Assembly: GCA_964016885.1 (NCBI GenBank)
Contig: OZ024764.1
Coordinates: forward strand, 9,548,001-9,612,000
DNA: 64,000 bases
Direction of reading: 5' to 3'
From: Eledone cirrhosa
Taxonomy: Eukaryota
Shown here one piece after another: positions 13,816 through 27,510 of the stretch. Each line of letters starts with the position of its first letter. Position 1 is the stretch's first letter. The translations under genes and the position numbers were made by a program. The notes under the pieces are model-generated. The model did not search any database and had not been told where the DNA came from. It saw only the letters and a program-made list of their open reading frames with translations.

Positions 13816-14002
13816 ATCAATCAATAGTCTCTATGCTCTCTGATGTATTAAAAATCCCCAAATGACAAAAGTGTTTATGAAATAAATGTTTTGGTTTCAG
13901 CACGCCACGTCTTGGGATGGGACTGGACAGAAGGGGGTGGGTGGTGTGGGGGTGGGGTGGAGGGACAGATGAATGGCGGGGTGGACAGAGGGATGGATAG
14001 GT

Positions 14003-14221
14003 GAAGGCGTGTGGCTGAGTGGTTAGATAATTGGATTTGCAATCGTAAGATTGTGAGTTCGATTCCTGGACCAGGCGATGCGTTACGTCCTTGAGCAAGA
14101 CACTTTATTTCACGTTGCCCCTTCTACCTGGAGTTGTGACCGATAGATAGTACTAGCAACTGGAAAGACCGACGGAAACATTGTTTCCTCGGTCCGATTT
14201 GACGAAAGTCGATCGTTCCTT
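14003..14221 (+). mobile_element. tRNA-CORE SINE family C with structured non-RTE tail
   Basis: tggctgagtggttaga / gagttcgattcc boxes, partial CORE, then a unique tail ending gacgaaagtcgatcgttcct. Second copy at 24445-24663 (-). Confidence 0.8.
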
Positions 14222-14223
14222 AA

Positions 14224-14259
<36 letters not shown>

Positions 14260-14263
<4 letters not shown>

Positions 14264-14586
14264 CAGAGGAAGTGTGGTAAGGAACCAGATGGACCATAAT
14301 GCACCAGAGTACTCAATACTTAGGGTAGTAGAGTGGGTAATAGGAAAATGTATGACCCCGACGGCAGAGCTCAAGTCGTTTCGACGGCTATTTCTGGACT
14401 AAATTAAAAAATTTTAATGATTTATTTACCATGCTAAAAATTCTAATTTAGTCCAGAAATAGATGTCGAAACGACTTGAGCTCTGCCGTCGGGGTCATAC
14501 ATTTTCCTATTACCCACTCTACTACCCTAAGTATTGAGTACTCTGGTGCATTATGGTCCATCTGGTTCCTTACCACACCTCCTCCG

Positions 14587-14590
<4 letters not shown>
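14260..14590. mobile_element. Fold-back element family P1, two complete inverted arms
   Basis: Arms ~14260-14405 and ~14445-14590 are near-perfect reverse complements, embedded in (TA)n. Confidence 0.8.
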
Positions 14591-14648
<58 letters not shown>

Positions 14649-14660
14649 ATATATATATAT

Positions 14661-14950
14661 GTGGAAAACGAAGAATCAGTGATGCATCGGCGATCAGCTC
14701 GAGGTGCGATCTGTTTGTGGATCGAACCTGACTCTGGATTCGTAAGTTCCTCAGATACGTCTAGTGACGTCGAAGTAAAGAAGATTACACCTCAAGCTGT
14801 CTGCCGGAGAAACAATTGTAATATGTAATAAATTGTGTTCTGATGCATCACTGGTTCTTCGTTTTCCATATTATTATACTCTGCTCTGAAGGAGCATAGA
14901 GTGCTCAACTGGCATACCGCCTATGGACGCATCCAAGCAACCTTACTACA
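14661..14950 (+). mobile_element. PLE-like remnant: inverted termini plus unpaired tail
   Basis: 14661-14688 is the reverse complement of 14842-14868. Contains GAAA caattg TA (3' half of a hammerhead) and aataaa, followed by the tactc...gagtgc hairpin. Related sequence at 19213-19335. Confidence 0.6.
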
Positions 14951-14953
14951 AAT

Positions 14954-15237
14954 ATCATCATTCATCATCATTTCATTTTACGTCCGCTTTTTCCCTGCTT
15001 GCAAGGGTGGGACGGGAACTGATTCTGGCTTGATTTCTACAGCTGGATGCCCTTCCTAACACCAACCTCATTTACAGTGAGTGCTGGGTGCTTTTTTGCC
15101 GTGGCACCTCCACGATCACTTTGCAGTGGAATGATAGGGACCCCAGTCCCTATCATCTCATTTCTACAGCTGAGAAAACTGGAGCAATGTGAAATAAAGT
15201 GTCTTGCTCAAGGAAACAACACATCACTCGGTCTGAG
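14954..15237 (-). mobile_element. SINE family B lacking the tRNA head
   Basis: Matches the family B body and tail. Confidence 0.85.
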
Positions 15238-15468
15238 TATATATATATATATATATTGACAAGTAAGTATGTTTGTTTTGAAACAGCGAGCAAGTTTGAA
15301 ATTAGAAATAGAAGCTTTCACCGTATTTTTTGACTAAAGAAATTTTAGCCTGATAATGGGGTTTAGAACCCTCATCTTTTTCCATTTCTCTGAGGGTTCT
15401 AAACCCCACTATCAAGCTAAAATTTCTTTAGTAAAAAAAAAAAATATATATATTATATATATATATAT

Positions 15469-15752
15469 GGAGGCACATGGCTTAGTGGTTAGAGCATTGG
15501 CCTTGCAATCGAAAGGTTGTGAGTTCAATTCTCAGACCGGGTGGTGTGTTGTTTCCTTGAGCAAGACACTTTATTTCACATTGCTCCAGTTTACTCAGCT
15601 GTAGAAATGAGATGATAGGGACTGGGGTCCCTATCATTCCACTGCAAAGTGGTCGTGGAGATGCCACGGCAAAAAAGCACCCAGCACTCACTGTAAATGA
15701 GGTTGGTGTTAGGAAGGGCATCCAGCTGTAGAAATCAAGCCAGAATCAGTTC
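15469..15752 (+). mobile_element. SINE family B lacking the tail
   Basis: From the ggaggcacatggcttagtggttagagc head through cagaatcagttcc. Confidence 0.88.
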
Positions 15753-15760
15753 CAGAATCA

Positions 15761-15859
<99 letters not shown>

Positions 15860-15923
15860 TACACATGGTTGGTTTTATGAAGAACATCCATCAATACGAC
15901 CATAAATATATATGTATATATGC

Positions 15924-15954
<31 letters not shown>

Positions 15955-17094
15955 TATATATATATATACACACACATATACATATATATATATATATACA
16001 CACACATATACATATATATATATATACACAGACATATACATATATATATACACACACATATACATATATATATACACACACATATACATATATATATACA
16101 CACACATATACATATATATATACACACACACATATACACACACACTCCCACACGTATGTGTGTATGCATATGTGGGGGTATGCATATATGTATGTGCGTG
16201 TATGTGTGTATGTATGTGTGTATGTATGTGTGTATGTATGTGTGTATGCATATGTGGGTGTATGTATATATGTATGTGCGTGTATGTGTGTATGTATGTG
16301 TGTATGTATGTGTGTGTGTGTGTGTATGTATGTGTATATGTATGTGTGTATGTATGTGTATGTATGTGTGTATGTATGTGTGTATGTATGTGTGTATGTA
16401 TGTGTGTATGTATGTGTGTATGTATGTGTGTATGTGTGTATATATGTGTGTGTGTATATATGTGTATGTATGGGTGTATGTATATATATGTATGTGTATG
16501 TGTGTATGTATGTGTGTGTATATATGTGTGTATGTATATATATATATATGTGTGTGTGAGCGTATGGATGGGGGTGAATTGTAATTATACAAGGATCTGT
16601 TACAGGATCAAGGATCTTGGCCCCCTATTGTTCTGTAGAGTAGGGTGGCATGAGGTGGGGTGGGGTGGTGTGGTGGGGTCTAGGGCTTTAATATGTTATG
16701 AGGAATATATCCTAAGTTGGAGATCTATCAATCAAGAAATTATTGATTGGTTTTTTCTTGCGTTTGTACCCCCCCCTCCCCCGTACATACACATATACAC
16801 GCATATATATATATATACGCATATATATATATATGTATATACATATGCATATATATACATATCCATACAAATATATATATATATACATACATATAAATAC
16901 ATATATATACATACATATAAATACATATATATACATATGTACATATATACACATACATACACATATATACATACATATATATATATACATACACACAGAC
17001 ACATACATATATATATACATACACACAGACACATACATACATATATACACATATATACACATACAGACACGTACACACTATACATATATATATT

Positions 17095-17175
<81 letters not shown>

Positions 17176-17233
17176 GTATACATATATAAATATACATACA
17201 TATATATATATATGTTTACATATATAAATATAA

Positions 17234-17281
<48 letters not shown>

Positions 17282-18130
17282 CACAATAAATCCTTTCCAA
17301 TTAGATTAGCTTATCTAAGCGTTGATCGGTCCATCGTATATATACACACACACATATATATACATATATATATATATCATCATCATCATCATATATATAT
17401 ATATATATATATGTATGTATATATATATATATATACATATATATAAAGATATGTATATATATATATATATATATATACATATATATAAAGATATGTATAT
17501 ATATATATATGTGCGTGTGTATATATATATATGTGTGTGTGTGTATGTGTGTGTATATTCAACATGAATGTCCATGAAAATGAAAAATAAGAAAAGCATG
17601 CTTTATCTGGTGAACAAAAACCAATTTCTCATGGTTTATACACTTAATGTATTTCTGTGAAGAATGGGTGAAGAGAACAAAATCAGAACAAAGAAGAGAC
17701 ACAATGGAGCAATGTCATTGTGAAGGTCACAGTGTGTGATGAAAGACCTTAGACAATTAGATGTAATGTAACAATTAAACCACCATCTGTCTGGATACTA
17801 AACTAACTAACCAAGGAATGGAGTAACTGAAATGAAGTCAACTGTTGCTTGTGTTTTTATTGTCAATATGACCCTACCATATATTTATATATAGAAACAA
17901 ATTAACTCGAAAATAGAGTTTTGAGACGTGAGTGTATTAGGATTCTCAGGGAAATGGGAAAACTCAGCATATGGAAGCTGTTAGAACAGTAAAATACCGT
18001 CAAAGCGGTGTTGGGTAAAATATTTCCTCGAAGGACAGAAATCAATGGCTAGATGTGAGTTCACTGGAAGGAAGAGAAGATCAGATGGAGGAAAAAGAAT
18101 GGATGAAAGTGAACAGGTCACAAACATTAA

Positions 18131-18349
18131 CCCTTTAGCATATACATTATTCTATATTTACTATTGAATTTTCATAGTAAAGGCTTACCCCACATAATAT
18201 CTCACATAATATCAAATTTATGTGATTTTGATACTATTTATTTTGAGAATAATACCTTAACATCAGTATGAGTGGCTGGTTATGGCCAGTTTGAACAGAA
18301 AGAGGTAAGAAAATTCTGGCCGGATACAGCTGGTTTAAATGCTAAAGGG
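18131..18349. mobile_element. piggyBac-type MITE
   Basis: TTAA on both sides (18127-30, 18350-53) and TIR ccctttagcat/atgctaaaggg. Confidence 0.85.
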
Positions 18350-18634
18350 TTAAATTATGCTCTACAGATCTCAATCTCCTGCAGTTTCAACAAATACTCT
18401 TCCTTCCTTCAAGTCGAGTCAACTCACATTATTGTACTAACAGCTTCCACACGCCGAGTTTTCCCATTTCCCTGAGAATATATCCATATATTTATATATA
18501 AATCGCTGTTATACTATCAGTGTTTTTAAGAGACCAACACCAAATACCAGCCCAGAGCATATCAATGAATCAAAACAACTGAAGGAAGCTTCATTTCTTC
18601 TCATTGTTTTTTTATTTTTCTCTTCAGCTTCTAG

Positions 18635-18690
18635 CTGTCTGATGAGGTTATAACTGTTGCATATAGTTATCACTGAAATGCATATAACAG
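18635..18690 (+). ncRNA. Type I hammerhead ribozyme motif
   Basis: ctgt CTGATGA ggttataactgt-tgcat-atagttatcact GAAA tgcata TA acag. Confidence 0.8.
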
Positions 18691-18771
18691 TGATTATGAA
18701 AAAATGAAGTGAATTATAACCTGTTGACTTGTACCTTCATGTTATATATATATAAGATATATATATATATA

Positions 18772-19212
18772 TCACAGACCTTCGGCGGTACGCAGTAATA
18801 GGGAAGACCCGCCTTACCTAAATACAAAGTAAAACCTACTACAGTCAGTAGGCATCTCTAACAAAATACACCCCCGTCCCACTGCCCCCACCCCATCCAC
18901 ACCGCCCTTTCAATGTAAAGTTATGTTGGTGCCACAACATCCAGGCCGAAACAAAGGAGATCGTGTAGATGGCACGACAAAAAACACACAGTCCACGCTG
19001 TAATGTGGCCGTGTAGGCAACACGGTAAAAACCTCCCAGCCCCACACTGTAAATGTGGTTGGTGTTAGGAAGGGCATCCAGCTGTAGAAAACCCGCCAGA
19101 CAGTCCTATGCGAGCAAGACAACCACTCTTGCCTCAAGTGGGAAAACTCCCGTCCAAACCCATGCAAGCGTGGAAGATGGACGTTAAACGATGATGATGA
19201 TGATGATGATGA
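18772..19212 (+). mobile_element. 5'-truncated RTE LINE (ORF end plus 3' UTR)
   Basis: aagacccgccttacctaa followed by a UTR matching 1256-1645. Confidence 0.9.
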
Positions 19213-19542
19213 TCACATAAGAAACGGAGAATCAGTGTTGCGATGAGTAACATTTATTAGACATATTACAATCGTTTCTCTGGCAACCAGCTCGAGGCAC
19301 TATCGATGTAATGATCGAACCTGACTCTGATATCAAAAGAAGCAGAGTTTCCAAATGTCAATATATATATAATTGAATATAAAGCGAACTTGGTCCCTTA
19401 CGATTTGAACACGTATGTTTATATCTGTGTTTATCTCTCTTTTATATTCAATTATATTACACGGCTCAGAAAAACCTCTTTCTTTGAGCTATTTAATTGT
19501 AAGAGACTATTTTGAGTTTCTAACTCAATATATATCTTTGAC

Positions 19543-19790
19543 ACAGAGGAGACTGAGGTTAGCGGGACATGCTCACCGACATCCAGAGTTGACATTGCAC
19601 TCAGTGCTCCTTTGGGAGCCCCTACATGGACTCACTAGAAGAGGAAGACCAAGGTTAACGTATGTTGATGCCCTAAGGACAGACACTGGTCTGTTGGAGA
19701 CGCAGGACATGGCAGCGATAATGAGGGACAGAGACCGCTGGAGAGAACTCGTCCATGGATCTCGAGAATTTTACCCGCCTTAGAATAGAA
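19543..19790 (+). mobile_element. RTE/RTE-X-like LINE 3' coding fragment
   Basis: QRRLRLAGHAHRHPEL...LLWEPLHG...RGRPRLTYVDAL..DTGL...MRDRDRWR. Confidence 0.8.
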
Positions 19791-19805
19791 TATATATATA
19801 GATAT

Positions 19806-20180
19806 GATTTTTACGTCCGCTTTTCCCTGCTTGCATGGGTGGGACGGGAACTGATTCTGGCTTGATTTCTACAGCTGGATGCCCTTCCTAACACCAACCT
19901 CATTTACAGTGAGTGCTGGGTTCTTTTTTTGCTGTGGCACCTCCACGACTACTTTGCAGTGAGTGCTGGGTGCTTTTTTGCCGTGGCACCTCCACGACCA
20001 CTTTGCAGTGGAATGATAGGGACCCAGTCCCTATCATCTCATTTCTACAGCTGAGTAAACTGGTGCAATGTGAAATAAAGTGTCTTGCTCAAGGAAACAA
20101 CACATCACCCGGTCTGAGAATTGAACTCACAACCTTTCGATTGCAAGGCCAATGCTCTAACCACTAAGCCATGTGCCTCC
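19806..20180 (-). mobile_element. SINE family B with an internal ~49-bp duplication
   Basis: gtgagtgctggg...ccactttgca occurs twice in tandem (19909-20007). Confidence 0.88.
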
Positions 20181-20199
20181 ATATATTTATATATATATA

Positions 20200-20230
<31 letters not shown>

Positions 20231-20279
20231 GTTTAACGTCCATCTTCCACGCTAGCATGGGTTAGACGGGAATTGTCCC

Positions 20280-20499
20280 ATTTGATGCGGGATTGTGTAT
20301 CAATGTGTCTGTATGCGTGTGTATGTCTGTGTGTGTGTGTAAGTATGTATGTATGTGTATATGTGTGTATGTCCGTGTGTGTGTATAAGTATGTATGTAT
20401 GTGTATGTGTGTGTGTTTGTCTCTGTCTGTGTATATGTATGTCTGTGTGTGTATCTATGTATCTGTATGCGTGTGCATATCTGTGTGTGTGTGTATGTC

Positions 20500-20534
<35 letters not shown>

Positions 20535-21571
20535 ATGTCTGTGTATGTGTGTGTATGTCTGTGTATGTGTGTGTATGTCTGTGTATGTCTCTGTGTGTAT
20601 CTATGTCTCTGTGTGTATCTCTATCTGTATGCGGGTGTATGTCTGTGTGTGTGTGTAAGTATGTATGTATGTGTATGTCTGTGTATGTCTGTATATGTGT
20701 ATGTGTATGTATATGTGTATGTATGTACATGTGTGTATATGTATATGTGTATATATATGTATGTGTATGCGTATGTGTGTATATGTGTATGTGTATATAT
20801 ATGTATGTGTGTGTATGTGTATATATATATGTATGTGTATGTGTGTATATGTGTATGTGTATATATATATGTGTATGTGTATGTGTGTATATGTGTATGT
20901 GTATATATATGTATGTGTATGTGTGTATATGTGTATGTGTATATATATATATGTATGTGTATGTGTGTATATGTGTATGTGTATATATATGTATGTGTAT
21001 GTGTATGTGTATATATATATGTATGTGTATGTGTATGTGTATATATATGTATGTGTATGTGTGTATATGTGTATGTGTATATGTATGTGTATGTGTGTAT
21101 ATGTGTATGTGTATATATATATGTATGTGTATGTGTGTATATGTGTATGTGTATATATATGTATGTGTATGTGTATGTGTATATATATGTATGTGTATAT
21201 ATATGTATGTATATGTGTATGTGTATATATATGTATGTATATGTGTATATATATATATATATGTATGTGTATGTGTATATATGTCTATGTGTATATATAT
21301 ATGTATGTATATGTGTATGTGTATATGTGTATGTGTATGTATGTGTATGTGTATGTGTATATATATGTATGTGTATGTGTATATGTGTATATATATGTAT
21401 GTGTATGTGTGTATATGTGTATGTGTATATATATATGTATGTGTATGTGTGTATATGTGTATGTGTATATATATATGTATGTGTATGTGTATATGTGTAT
21501 GTGTATATATATGTATGTGTATGTGTGTATATGTGTATGTGTATATATATGTATGTGTATGTGTATGTGTA

Positions 21572-21602
<31 letters not shown>

Positions 21603-21795
21603 ATATGTATGTGTATGTGTGTATATGTGTATGTGTATATGTATGTGTATGTGTGTATATGTGTATGTGTATATATATGTATGTGTATGTGTATGTGTAT
21701 ATATATGTATGTGTATGTGTATGTGTATATATATGTATGTATATGTGTATGTGTATATATATGTATGTATATGTGTATATATATATATATATGTA

Positions 21796-21832
<37 letters not shown>

Positions 21833-21957
21833 GTATGTATATGTGTATGTGTATATGTGTATGTGTATGTATGTGTATGTGTATGTGTATATATATGTAT
21901 GTATATGTGTATATGTGTATATATGTGTATGTGTATGTATGTGTATGTGTATGTGTA
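20280..21957. repeat. GT/GTAT/AT compound microsatellite
   Basis: Read directly. Confidence 0.95.
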
Positions 21958-22044
21958 ATATTCAGCTGATTAGCTAGATGATATCCTGATATCCATCTGA
22001 TATAATTACAGATAAGAGAAAGCTGATCAGAATTTAGATACGCC

Positions 22045-22957
22045 ACACCACACTACACCACACCACTCCACACTGCACCACTCCACCACACCACACTACA
22101 CCACTCCACACTGCACCACACCACACTACACCACGATGCACCACACTACTCCCCACAATACCACTACAAACTACACCACACAATACCACTCCAAACTACA
22201 CCACACCACACTACACCACACCCCACTACACCACTCCCCACAATACCACTCCAAACTACACCACACCACACTACACCCCTCCCCACAATACCACTACAAA
22301 CTACACGACACAATACCACTCCAAACTACACCACACCCCACTACACCACACCCCACTACACCACTCCAAACTACACCACACCACACTACACCCCTCCCCA
22401 CAATACCACTACAAACTACACGACACAATACCACTCCAAACTACACCACACCCCACTACACCACACCCCACTACACCACTCCAAACTACACCACACCACA
22501 CTACACCCCTCCCCACAATACCACTACAAACTACACCACACCACACTACACCCCTCCCCACAATACCACTACAAACTACACCACACAATACCACTCCAAA
22601 CTACACCACACCACACTACACCACACCCCACTACACCACTCCAAACTACACCACACCACACTACACCCCTCCCCACAATACCACTCCAAACTACACCACA
22701 CCACACTACACCCCTCCCCACAATACCACTACAAACTACACCACACAATACCACTCCAAACTACACCACACCACACTACACCACACCCCACTACACCACT
22801 CCACACAATACCACTACAAACTACACCACACAATACCACTCCAAACTACACCACACCCCATTACACCGCTCTCCACAATACCACTACAAACTACACCACA
22901 CTACACCACACCCCACTACACCACACACCACTACACCACACTACACCACACCCCACT
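22045..22957. repeat. CACCA/CTACA pentamer-based degenerate satellite
   Basis: Read directly. The block cacaataccactacaaactacac recurs. Confidence 0.9.
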
Positions 22958-22959
22958 AA

Positions 22960-23512
22960 CAGAGAGAGTGACTGTTCTGTATCTTTACCCTCTCTAACAG
23001 TCACTCTCTCTGTTAGCCTCTTCCTCACCCTTCACTCACTCACTCACTCTCTGTTACTACCTCTCCTCCTCCTCCTTCTTCCCGTTTGACCTGTGCGTAA
23101 TTCTTTTCTTTCGCACCTTTGGTCAGGCAGGTCGCTTTTTTTCTCTCTCTCTCGTCTACAATTTCACAGAACTTACGTTCACCGAATTCACAGACCAGAC
23201 CCCTTCTTCCTCCCGTTAGACCTGTACGGAATTCCTTCCTTGCTCACATTCCAACCAGGTTTGATGGTCTTTATTCTCTCTCGTTCACGATTTCACCGAA
23301 CTTATATTCATGGAAATTTGGGACTTGACTCGTTCTTCCTCACTTTTCGTTGCTTCACCATCTTTGTTTGTTTACACTCTCGTGTCCCCTTTATTTACGT
23401 GTCCCAACGACATTTTTTAGCCGTTGATCGCACCAACCGGAGGTATATGGTCTTTAAAGCGATGAAATACCTATGATGGTTGGAAGATCACTGATGAAGG
23501 ACTAACTTTATT
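22960..23512 (+). mobile_element. Pyrimidine-rich interspersed repeat, probable PLE terminal-repeat region
   Basis: Homologous to 58135-58900 (-): shares cactcactcactct...tgacctgtg and tgtttgtttac...tgtcccaa. Its 3' end (23455-23512) matches the palindrome arm at 27400-27454. Confidence 0.55.
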
Positions 23513-23621
23513 CATATATATACATATATATATATATATACATGCATATATATATATATATATGTATACACATATACACATATATATATATACATGCATA
23601 TATATATATGTATACACATAT

Positions 23622-23672
<51 letters not shown>

Positions 23673-23707
23673 TATATATATACATCTATATATATACATA
23701 CACACAC

Positions 23708-23754
<47 letters not shown>

Positions 23755-23770
23755 TATACACACACATATA

Positions 23771-24147
23771 TCATCATCATCATCATCATTTTACATCTGG
23801 TCTTCCACGCTAGCATGGGTTAGACAAGTTGTCCTGTTGTGGGCATTGTCCAGTCGGTTGACCTTGTCTTGCTCATACGGGAACTGATTCTGGCTTGATT
23901 TCTACAGCTAGATGCCCTTCCTAACACCAACCTCATTTACAGTGAGTGCTGCGAGCCTTTTTCCCGTGACACCTACACGACCACTTAACAGTGGAATGAT
24001 AGGGACCCCAGTCCCTATCATCTCATTTCTACAGCTGAGTAAACTGGAGCAATGTGAAATAAAGTGTCTTGCTGAAGGAAACAACACATCACCCGGTCTG
24101 AGAATTGAACTCACAACATTTCGATTGCAAGGCCAATGCTCTAACCT

Positions 24148-24150
<3 letters not shown>
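23771..24150 (-). mobile_element. SINE family B, subfamily with alternative RTE tail
   Basis: Same head and CORE, tail aacccatgctagcgtggaaga...tgtaaaa(tga)n. Confidence 0.85.
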
Positions 24151-24218
<68 letters not shown>

Positions 24219-24221
<3 letters not shown>

Positions 24222-24410
24222 ACGAAGGAAATGTGGTAAGGAACCAGGTGGACCATAACGCACCAAAGTACTCAATACTTAGGGTAGTAGAGTGGATAAT
24301 AGGAACGAGTAGGACCCCGACGGCTGAGTTCAAGCTGTTTCGACGGCTAATTCTGGACCAGAATTAGCCGTCGAAATGGCTTGAGCTCAGCCGTCGGGGT
24401 CCTACTCGTT

Positions 24411-24415
<5 letters not shown>
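24219..24415. mobile_element. Fold-back element family P1
   Basis: Long arm plus short inverted arm pivoting at ctggaccag (~24357). Confidence 0.78.
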
Positions 24416-24444
<29 letters not shown>

Positions 24445-24447
<3 letters not shown>

Positions 24448-24663
24448 GAACGATCGACTTTCGTCAAATCGGACCGAGGGAACAATGTTTCCGTTGGTCT
24501 TTCCAATTGCTAATACTATCTATCGGTCGCAACTCCAGGTAGAAGGAGCAACGTGAAATAAAGTGTCTTGCTCAAGGACACAACGCATCGCCTGGTCCAG
24601 GAATCGAACTCACAACCTTACGATTGCGAATCCAATTCTCTAACCACTCAGCCACACGCCTTC
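24445..24663 (-). mobile_element. SINE family C
   Basis: Reverse complement of 14003-14221. Confidence 0.8.
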
Positions 24664-24995
24664 ACTATATATATATATATATATATATATGCAAATATAT
24701 ATATATACACACACACACATATATATATATATACATATATATACATATATATATATATATGCAAATATATATATATATATATATATATACATGTTGTATG
24801 TTTGATGTAATAAAACGCCATCTTGAATCAATATGACACCAAAAGAAATTGCCTGACAATTCTTTCTAGGAATCATTGCAAAATCTCCTGTAATGGTGTC
24901 CGATGCCTCCATCTACCTCCACCACACTCCACCAGTCCTTCCACCCCTCCGCCCCCTCCGTCACTCCACCCAGGAAAGAACAAAAACAAAACCCA

Positions 24996-25049
<54 letters not shown>

Positions 25050-25132
25050 CATGTATATATATATATATACATATATACTCCATTCCAATGAAATATGAAT
25101 CAATTACAGATTTATAGCCATACTAGATTACA

Positions 25133-26088
25133 GTGGTGGTGGCGGTGGCGGTGGTGGTGGTGGTGGTTGTGGTGGTGTCAGTGGTGGTGGCGGTGGTGAT
25201 GGTGGTGATGTTGGTGGTGGTGGTAGTGGCGGTGGTGGTGGTGGTGGCGGTGGCGATGGTGGTGCTAGTGGTGGTGGTGGTGGTGGCAGTGGTGGTAGTG
25301 GTGGTGTTGGTGCTGGTGGTGGTGGTGGCAGTGGTGGCGGTGGTGGTGGTGGTGGTGGTGGCAGTGGTGGTGGTGGTGGTAGTGGCGGTGGTGGTGGTGT
25401 TGGTGGTGGTGGTGGTGGTGTTGGCAGTAGTGGTGGTAGTGGCGGTGGTGGTGGTGTTGGTGCTGGTGGTGGTGGTGGCAGTGGTGGCGGTGGTGGTGGT
25501 GGCAGCAGTGGTGGTGGTTGTGGTGGTGGTGGTGTTGGTGCTGGTGGTGGTGGTGTTGGCAGTAGTGGTGGTGGTGGTGGTTGTGGTGTTGGTGCTGGTG
25601 GTGGTGGTGGCAGTGGTGGCGGTGGTGGTGGTGGTGGTGGTGGCAGTGGTGGTGGTGGTGGTAGTGGCGGTGGTGGTGGTGTTGGTGGTGGTGGTGGTGG
25701 TGTTGGTGCTGGTGGTGGTGGTGGTGGCAGCAGTGGTGGTGGTTGTGGTGCTGGTGGCGGTGGTGGTGGTGGCGTTGGTGGTGGTGGTGGCAGCAGTGGT
25801 GGTGGTTGTGGTGGTGGTGGTGTTGGTGCTGGTGGTGGTGGTGGTGGTGGTGGTGGCAGCAGTGGTGGTGGTTGTGGTGGTGGTGGTGTTGGTGCTGGTG
25901 GTGGTGGTGGTGGTGGTGGCAGCAGTGGTGGTGGTTGTGGTATTGGTGCTGGTGGCGGTGGTGGTGTTGGTGTTGGTGGTGCTAGTGGTGGCGGCGGTGG
26001 TGGTAGTGGTGGTGGCAGTGGTGTTGGTGCTGGTGGTGGTGGTGGTGGTGTTATTTGTGGTGGAGGTGCTGGTGGCAGTGGTGGTGGG
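25133..26088. repeat. Degenerate (GGT)n array
   Basis: Read directly. Confidence 0.95.
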
Positions 26089-26237
26089 GGATTCTTGTGG
26101 ACTTCTCTTGTTTCTCTCGGACATTGTAACATAAATTATTCCCCTCCCCCCTGCTCCTCTCTCACTTCCTCCCTCCCACCTTCGCATCATCACCTTCCCT
26201 CCACTTTTCATTTCGCAACACATGCGCACAGACAGAC

Positions 26238-26310
<73 letters not shown>

Positions 26311-26427
26311 CAGTACTGTATCGTTTGCTGTTTTTTCCATTTACTTTTATATTTACTTTTAAATGTATATACATACATGTGTGTGTGTCTGAGTGTATAT
26401 ATATATATATATATACACTTACATATA

Positions 26428-27114
26428 TACGTGAACGGCAAAGCATAAATGAACTAAGTGAGAAATAAGGAATAAAAGGGATCAGATGCTGTTTACTCGA
26501 GAGAAGACTACGTTGGTATGGTCACGTGATGCGCATGAAAGACGACAGCTGTATAAAAAAGTGCAGGGTGATCAAAATAAATGGAAGCTACAGAGTAGGT
26601 AGACCCAGAAAAACCTGGGTTGATTTGATAAATTCCGACCTCACACACTTACACCTCTCTAAGACAATGTCACTGGACCGAGATCTTTGGCGCTACGCAG
26701 TAATACAGAAGACCCGCTTTGCCTAAGTACAAAGCGAAACCTACTACAGTCAGTAGGCACCTCTTAACCAAATATACACCCCAATCCACTACCCCTACCC
26801 CCACCCCCATCTACACCGCCCCTTTCGATGTAAAGTTATGTTGGTATGACAACATCCAGTCCTAAATAAATGAGGTCGTGTAGGTGTCACAGCAAAAAAA
26901 CACACAGTCCACGCTGTAATGTGGCCGTGAAGGTAACACGGTAAAAACCTCCCAGTCCACACTGTAAACGTAGTTGGTGTTAGGAAGGGCATCCAGCCGT
27001 AGAAAACCTGCCAGATGGTCCTGAGCAAGACAACCAATCTTGCCTCAAGTGAGACAATTCCCATCTAAACCCATGCTAGCATGGAAGATGGATGTTAAAC
27101 GATGATGATGATGA
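26428..27114 (+). mobile_element. 5'-truncated RTE LINE, relative of 1-1645
   Basis: RRLRWYGHVMRMKDDSCIKKCR...GRPRKTW...DRDLWRYAVIQKTRFA* plus homologous UTR and (TGA)n tail. Confidence 0.92.
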
Positions 27115-27203
27115 TATATATATGTATATATATATATATATATAAATGGTCGCATTATTTAAGGGTATGTCAATATTTATTTATAAAACTGATCTATATT
27201 ATA

Positions 27204-27264
27204 TTTTATCTGATGAAAGCACACCATAATTTAACTTGGTGTCCTTGAAATATGTATAATGAAA
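27204..27264 (+). ncRNA. Type I hammerhead ribozyme motif (family H1)
   Basis: ttttat CTGATGA aagcacacca-taatttaact-tggtgtcctt GAAA tatgta TA atgaaa. Confidence 0.8.
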
Positions 27265-27308
27265 TAAATATGGTTTTATAAATATAGTTTCCATTTGTTA
27301 ATATATCG

Positions 27309-27332
<24 letters not shown>

Positions 27333-27342
<10 letters not shown>

Positions 27343-27454
27343 GTCCCTCATCAGTGATTTTGCCAACCATCATTGGTATTTCATCACATTGATTTTTAAT
27401 GCGATGAAATACCAATGATGGTTGGCAAAATCACTGATGAGGGACTAATTTTAT
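27333..27454. repeat. ~120-bp near-perfect palindrome (fold-back terminus)
   Basis: tataaaattagtccctcatcagtg...cactgatgagggactaattttata. Confidence 0.85.
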
Positions 27455-27510
27455 AATATGTAATCCATGTGCAACCATGCAGTATTCTTCTTCCCCTTGT
27501 TTTTCATATA

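Noticed and set aside
15469-15545. tRNA genes at SINE heads
   Set aside because: A and B boxes are present, but the anticodon and acceptor stems do not pair properly and each continues into a SINE body.
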